NCBI GenBank assembly: GCA_045631585.1
Contig: JAZQUX010000102.1
Location: forward strand, 1-40,258
Length of the DNA: 40,258 nucleotides
Reading direction: 5' to 3'
Source: Eubacteriales bacterium
GTDB taxonomy: Bacteria; Bacillota; Clostridia; Oscillospirales; CAG-272
The position numbers were made by a program, and so were the translations under genes. The stretch's first letter is position 1, and each line of letters opens with the position of its first letter. Shown here piece after piece: positions 35,688 through 40,258 of this stretch. The notes under the pieces are model-generated. The model worked only from the letters and a program-made list of their open reading frames with translations, searched no databases and was not told where the DNA came from.

Positions 35688-35721
35688 GTAAAAAGAGAAG
35701 AGCCGTATCACAGCTCTTCTC
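35688..35721 (-). terminator. Rho-independent terminator after gpmI
   Basis: Stem gagaagagc / gctcttctc with a 9-nt loop. On the minus strand it is followed by tttttac. Confidence 0.75.
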
Positions 35722-35732
35722 AAATCATTCCA

Positions 35733-37391
35733 TTATTTTACCTCAATGATCGACTCATCCCACATATCGGGTGCTTCGTAGCCCATGAGGTTAACCATGG
35801 TTGCAGCCACGTTGGACAGACCAAACTGTCCCTCATCTGCCTTTACCGTGTAAGCATCTGCACAAACATTGTTGTAGAGAATGCAAGGAACACGGTTGAG
35901 CGTGTGCGAGGTCTTAGGCGTCATTTCGCCCTTCTTGTTGAGCTTGGGTGCGCCCGTCTTCTTGTCTACCTCAAACATCTCATCGGCGTTACCGTGGTCA
36001 GCCGTAATGAGGGCCACGCCGCCCAGAGCGTCAATGACCGTCAGAATACGAGCCAACTGCAGATCCAGCGCCTCCATCGAGCAGCGAGTAGCCAAGAGAG
36101 ATCCCGTATGACCAACCATGTCACCGTTCGGGAAGTTGACGCGCAAGTACTTGTACTTGCCGCTCTCCAAGCAATCGATCAGGGTGTCGGTGATCTCTGC
36201 GCACTTCATCCAAGGACGCTGTTCAAACGGAACAACATCCGAAGGAATTTCAATATAGGTCTCCAGCTCCTCCGAGAACTTGCCCGAACGGTTACCGTTC
36301 CAGAAATAGGTCACGTGACCATACTTCTGCGTCTCGGAAATAGCCAACTGAGCAACGCCGGTGTTGGCCAAATATTCGGACATGGTGTTGGTGATTTCAG
36401 GAGGATTGACCAAGAAGCGGTGAGGAATATGCAAGTCGCCGTCGTACTCCAGCATACCGGCGTACAGAACGTTGGGAACACGAACGCGAGCGAAAGCATC
36501 AAAGCTCTCGTCGCCATCAAACGCCTTGGAGATTTCGATGGAACGGTCGCCGCGGAAGTTGAAGAAGATAACGCTATCGCCATCCTCGATGGTACCAACG
36601 GGCTTGCCGTCAGCGGCGATCACAAAGGCGGGCAGATCCTGGTCGAGAATACCGGGAATTTCAGCGCGATAGGTGGTGATGGCTTCCTCAGCGGAGGCAA
36701 AAGTGCGGCCCTCGCCCAATACATGGGTCTTCCAACCGGCCTCTACCATGCCCCAGTTCGCTTCGTAACGGTCCATGGTAATCTTCATACGGCCACCGCC
36801 CGAAGCGATGCAAATATCAAAGGTATCATCGCGCAGATCAGCCATAAATGCCTCAAACGGCTGAACGTAATTCAGCGCAGAGGTGGGATCTACGTCACGG
36901 CCATCGAGCAGAATATGAACGCGAACCTTGCTCACACCCTCGGTCTTTGCTTGGATGAGCATCGCCTTCAAGTGATCAATGTGCGAGTGAACGTTACCGT
37001 CGGAGAACAGACCGATGAAATGCAGTGTCGTTCCCTGCTCCTTGACACCGGCAACCAGCGTCTGCCAAGTATTCGAGGTGTACATTTTGCCCGATTCAAT
37101 CGAGTTCGATACCAGCTTGGCGCCCTGAGCGAACACCTGTCCTGCGCCCAGCGCATTGTGACCAACCTCAGAGTTACCCATATCATCGTCCGAAGGAAGT
37201 CCCACAGCGGTACCGTGAGCCTTGAGCGAAACCATGGGATAGTTTGCCATCAGCATATCCAAGGTGGGGGTGTATGCACCGCTGACCGCATTGGCAATAC
37301 TGTCGGGAGCAATACCGACACCGTCCATAACAATCGTAACAACAGGGCCCTGTACTCCCTTGAAATTCTTAAGTTTATTCAATTTCTTCAT
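35733..37391 (-). CDS. gpmI: 2,3-bisphosphoglycerate-independent phosphoglycerate mutase (long, plant-like form)
   Basis: [10 protein letters not shown]...[37 protein letters not shown]...ITADHGNAD. 552 aa. Confidence 0.9.
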   Translation of the reverse strand: [552 protein letters not shown]

Positions 37392-37410
37392 GATGATAAC
37401 TCCTCTTCGA

Positions 37411-38247
37411 TTACTTGTTTTGAGTGCGGTTGATGATCACCTGTGTTGCTGTGTCAAGGTAATCGTTCTGCATCATTTCGATCCAGCCCTTATCGACAAG
37501 TGCGGCCAGCTTGTGATCCAACGGAATGCGAGCCAATACGTCAAAGCCGAATTTTTCAGCCGTTTCATCAATGTGGCTCTCGCCGAAAATATGAATTTCC
37601 TTACCGCAATCCGGGCACTTAACATAGCTGTGGTTTTCAACCAAGCCCAGCACGGGTACGTTCATCATCTTTGCCATATTCGCAGCCTTAGCCACGATCA
37701 TGGAAACCAGTTCCTGAGGGCTGGTCACGATCACGATGCCATCCAGCGGAATAGACTGGAATACCGTCAGCGGGACATCGCCCGTTCCGGGAGGACAGTC
37801 AACGAACATATAATCGATATCGTTCCAAATGGTGTCGCTCCAGAATTGCTTTACCGTGCCAGCGATCAAAGATCCACGCCAGATAACCGGCTTTTCATCG
37901 TCATCCAGCAAAAGATTGGCCGACATAATATCGATTCCCGTCGTCGTAGAAGGAGGAATCATGTGCTGACCGTCACCCTCCACCGGCTTTTTCAAGCCAA
38001 ATGCCTTCGGGATCGAGGGGCCTGTGATATCGGCATCCAAGATACCGACTTTATAACCTTCGCGCTGCATATTGACCGCCAGCATGGAGGTGACCAGCGA
38101 CTTACCGACGCCACCCTTGCCACTGACGACACCAATAACGTGTTTGACATTGCTAAGCTCACACAAAGGAGCAATCAGAGATTGTGCTTCTTTTCTGGAA
38201 GCGCAGTTGCTCGAACAAGTGGAGCAATCATGAGTACATTCTGCCAT
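37411..38247 (-). CDS. Mrp/NBP35 (ApbC)-family Fe-S cluster carrier ATPase
   Basis: Cys-rich N-terminus (CTHDCSTCSSNC), deviant Walker A VVSGKGGVGKS, DCPPGTGD, and a CPDCG pair. Confidence 0.88.
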   Translation of the reverse strand: MAECTHDCSTCSSNCASRKEAQSLIAPLCELSNVKHVIGVVSGKGGVGKSLVTSMLAVNMQREGYKVGILDADITGPSIPKAFGLKKPVEGDGQHMIPPSTTTGIDIMSANLLLDDDEKPVIWRGSLIAGTVKQFWSDTIWNDIDYMFVDCPPGTGDVPLTVFQSIPLDGIVIVTSPQELVSMIVAKAANMAKMMNVPVLGLVENHSYVKCPDCGKEIHIFGESHIDETAEKFGFDVLARIPLDHKLAALVDKGWIEMMQNDYLDTATQVIINRTQNK

Positions 38248-38301
38248 AGTATGACCTTTCTTATTTTTATTGCATGGGCAATGATATTTTGATTACTCTT
38301 T

Positions 38302-38330
38302 ATTATACACCATTTTTGCCTTTTTTTCAA
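38302..38330 (-). promoter_or_regulatory. Predicted sigma-A promoter of the mrp-gpmI unit
   Basis: Minus strand reads TTGAAA (38330-38325), a 17-nt spacer, then TATAAT (38307-38302). Confidence 0.55.
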
Positions 38331-38388
38331 GATCTTTTGCCATTTTTATAACAAAGTTTATCTCTTGCCAGAGCGGTTTTGGAAGGTT

Positions 38389-39276
38389 TTATCCCTCTGC
38401 TTTTGCTTCTTCCCTCATTTTACGAAGCACCTCATCCCGCAAATGCTTGGCAACGCCGCACATCAGGTGCGTCGCCTCGCTCAAAAGGTGATCCGGCAAG
38501 CGAGCAAGAAATCTGTCTGCTTCCAACGTAATATCTCCCTGATACCGAATATCGGCCAATGCGCTTGTGATGGCATCCCAAGGCAAAGCCCCCATAAAAG
38601 GCAACGTATGTGAGTCATGATGATAATCGTTGTCATGGACGTGCAACGCGCCAAGACGTTCATGACCGAGCGCACGGATAAAGGACGCGGCATCCTGGCC
38701 AACCAACCCACAATGGCCGATATCAAGGCAGGCCGTGAAATGCTCGGCCGGCAACGCATCCAAATAATCGCAGAACTCATCGGGACTGTTGCAAGTACTC
38801 TCGATCAGCACATGGCGGCGAGGATCCCCCTGGAACATATTTTCGAGTGCCACCCGAATGCCGAATGCTTTGCTATACGGCACAAGCGCTTGATAAAAGA
38901 TCTGATTCATTTCTTTGAGCTCTAGCACGTGTTCAGGGTAATACAAATGCTGCACCGGGTGCACAATAATTTGCTTGGCTCCCATCAAAGAAGCCACTTC
39001 CATGGCGCGAACAATTTGTGCAAATGCTTTTTCATTGAAGTCCTGATCGGACTTGGAGGAGGGAAACGGCGCGTGCGCTTGATTGCACACAATGCCGCAC
39101 TCGTCCGCAACGGAGCGCAAGTGACGAGCCACCTCACGATAATCATCGGCATCAAAAGGCTTTTGCGAAAACAACGACAAATCAAACGCTTCAAATCCGG
39201 CCTGTGCAAGCATGCGAATGGCCTCTTCTTGTGAAAATTTTGCAGCAAGATGTTCCGTTTGAGTGGATACGAGCAT
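38389..39276 (-). CDS. Sugar phosphate isomerase/epimerase (xylose-isomerase-like TIM barrel)
   Basis: Typical AP_endonuc_2 features (..GFEAFDLS..., ...IIVHP..., ...ALENM..., ...LDIGH..., ...LHVHDN...). Start moved to ATG 39276 because AGGAGG precedes it and a consensus promoter lies inside the longer track ORF. Confidence 0.8.
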   Translation of the reverse strand: MLVSTQTEHLAAKFSQEEAIRMLAQAGFEAFDLSLFSQKPFDADDYREVARHLRSVADECGIVCNQAHAPFPSSKSDQDFNEKAFAQIVRAMEVASLMGAKQIIVHPVQHLYYPEHVLELKEMNQIFYQALVPYSKAFGIRVALENMFQGDPRRHVLIESTCNSPDEFCDYLDALPAEHFTACLDIGHCGLVGQDAASFIRALGHERLGALHVHDNDYHHDSHTLPFMGALPWDAITSALADIRYQGDITLEADRFLARLPDHLLSEATHLMCGVAKHLRDEVLRKMREEAKAEG

Positions 39277-39307
39277 AGCTCCGTCCTCCTTAGATTCTAT
39301 TTTCCTT

Positions 39308-39336
39308 ATTGTAGCATACTCTCCGACACAATGCAA
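39308..39336 (-). promoter_or_regulatory. Predicted sigma-A promoter of the isomerase gene
   Basis: Minus strand reads TTGCAT (39336-39331), a 17-nt spacer, then TACAAT (39313-39308). Confidence 0.6.
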
Positions 39337-39433
39337 GTCCTCTTTGGAATCTATCGTTCCATTTCTTAATTTATCTTGCGGCCGCATGATACGGCCTGCT
39401 TGACGCATACTATAGAAACGGAGGTACACTGCC

Positions 39434-39643
39434 ATGAATCATCAACCCAACCAAGAAACAAAAGAATCCGATGTCCCCCTGCCCCGTCCGCTGATGCTGG
39501 CACTCGCCCGTAATATGCACGCCATGCAAGATTACGCGCACCTTTCAGAGGCGGGGCGGGAGCGCTTGATCGCCATGGCTCAAACAGCCCGATCGCAGGA
39601 AGAAGTATCGGCTCTGCTTCAAAATCTGACACAGTTCTTTTGA
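39434..39643 (+). CDS. 69-aa hypothetical protein (weak resemblance to the YdeI/OmdA C-terminal helical domain)
   Basis: GGAGG lies 9 nt upstream and a strong terminator lies 10 nt downstream. The pattern PLPRPLMLALARN..AMQDYAHLSEAGRERLI...QTARSQEE recalls P.dL..AL..n..A...F..Ls...r......i..Ak..et. Confidence 0.45.
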   Translation: MNHQPNQETKESDVPLPRPLMLALARNMHAMQDYAHLSEAGRERLIAMAQTARSQEEVSALLQNLTQFF

Positions 39644-39651
39644 ATGGATAT

Positions 39652-39698
39652 AAAAAACGAACAGCCGCAAGAAAATCTTACGGCTGTTCGTTTTTTTG
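39652..39698. terminator. Bidirectional terminator shared by the 69-aa ORF and rplQ
   Basis: 12-bp perfect stem aacgaacagccg / cggctgttcgtt (39656-39692), with an A run on the left and a T7 run on the right. Confidence 0.85.
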
Positions 39699-39715
39699 TC
39701 AGATCAAATCAAAGA

Positions 39716-40063
39716 TTAGTCTTCGATCAGCTTGATGATGGCCATTTCGGCAGCATCACCGCGACGGGGACCGATCTTGAAGATCTGGGTGTAACCACCC
39801 TGGCGCTCTGCATACTTGGGAGCCAGCTCGTTGAATACCTTAGTAACAACGGCCTCCTTCGTGATAAATGCAAGAGCAGCACGGCGGGAAGCAAGCGTAT
39901 TCTTCTTGCCAAGTGTAATCATTTTCTCTGCGAGAGAACGAACTTCCTTTGCTCTGGCGAGAGTCGTCTCAACCTGACCGTTCTCAAGCAGCAGGGTGAC
40001 CAGACCGCGCAGCATTGCCATTCTATGGGCAGTCGGTCTGCCAAGTTTTCTGGTTCCGGGTAT
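39716..40063 (-). CDS. rplQ: 50S ribosomal protein L17, apparently initiating at ATA
   Basis: The track ORF starts at ATG 40021 (MAMLRGL...). The frame stays open upstream and encodes the conserved L17 N-terminus (I)[25 protein letters not shown] lies 7 nt before ATA 40063-40061. There is no ATG/GTG/TTG between the in-frame TAG (40087-40085) and 40021. Confidence 0.8.
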   Translation of the reverse strand: MPGTRKLGRPTAHRMAMLRGLVTLLLENGQVETTLARAKEVRSLAEKMITLGKKNTLASRRAALAFITKEAVVTKVFNELAPKYAERQGGYTQIFKIGPRRGDAAEMAIIKLIED

Positions 40064-40109
40064 TGTAAAACCCCTCCTTCTCTGCTATCCTAATGTTTAT
40101 GCGCTTCGC

Positions 40110-40258
40110 TTATTCTTCTTCTCTCTTGAGATCAAGACCCAGCGAATGCAGCTTCTGAATGACTTCTTCCAGCGATTTCTTTCCGAGGTTACGAACCTTA
40201 ATCATGTCCTCCTCGGTACGGTTGGTCAAATCCTCTACCGTATCGATGAAGTCGGATC
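40110..40258 (-). CDS. rpoA: RNA polymerase alpha subunit, C-terminal end (gene runs off the right edge)
   Basis: My own minus-strand translation: [48 protein letters not shown]-stop (TAA 40112-40110). This is the alpha-CTD HhH motif, in the standard position upstream of rplQ. Confidence 0.85.
   Translation of the reverse strand, partial: SDFIDTVEDLTNRTEEDMIKVRNLGKKSLEEVIQKLHSLGLDLKREEE

Noticed and set aside
1-40258. Searched intergenic regions by eye for tRNA, rRNA, tmRNA, RNase P, T-box elements, transposase/integrase genes and toxin-antitoxin pairs.
   Set aside because: No T-loop (GGTTCGAATCC-like) sequences and no sufficiently long non-coding stretches were found, apart from 35475-35687. 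There are no recombinase motifs. The only antitoxin-like gene (the RHH protein) has no toxin partner.

Overview
This 40.3 kb window reads as an ordinary chromosomal segment of a Firmicutes/Clostridia-type genome. GC is roughly 53% in the stretches I counted by hand. Promoters fit TTGACA-17-TATAAT, ribosome-binding sites are GGAGG-like, and many gene junctions overlap as ATGA or TGATG. Coding density is high and the genes fall into three strand blocks: minus 1-16787, plus 17003-27255, minus 27327-40258.

Most genes are housekeeping and were recognised from motifs in the supplied translations: rsmD-coaD, uvrC, ptsH (HPr), rimM-trmD, yajC, rlmA-like, an htrA/response-regulator/histidine-kinase unit, queG-like, addB-addA, PAP2 phosphatase, mntP, ymdB, family-4 UDG, dusB, parvulin PPIase, gpmI, Mrp/NBP35, a sugar-phosphate isomerase, and rplQ plus the 3' end of rpoA. 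I found no tRNA, rRNA, CRISPR array, transposase, integrase or phage gene.

Nothing here is an obvious known defence or mobile system. The stretches that ordinary annotation does not explain are:
- A monocistronic zinc-ribbon / six-TM / coiled-coil protein with a 45-bp tandem-repeat-encoded acidic A/E/V tail, behind a perfect consensus promoter.
- An ECF sigma, ZAS anti-sigma and degenerate-receiver winged-helix regulator cassette.
- A 5'-truncated sigma (region 4 only) next to an AT-rich anti-sigma-like sensor with two internal YKGDA modules.
- An SPFH protein translationally coupled to an orphan ribbon-helix-helix protein, with twin TGATATCA palindromes on its promoter.
- rplQ, which has no canonical start codon and appears to initiate at ATA.
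- rimM-trmD fused to a Wzy-like membrane protein and two DUF4330-like genes instead of the usual rpsP/rplS partners.

All family names come from my recollection of motifs. No database search was possible.
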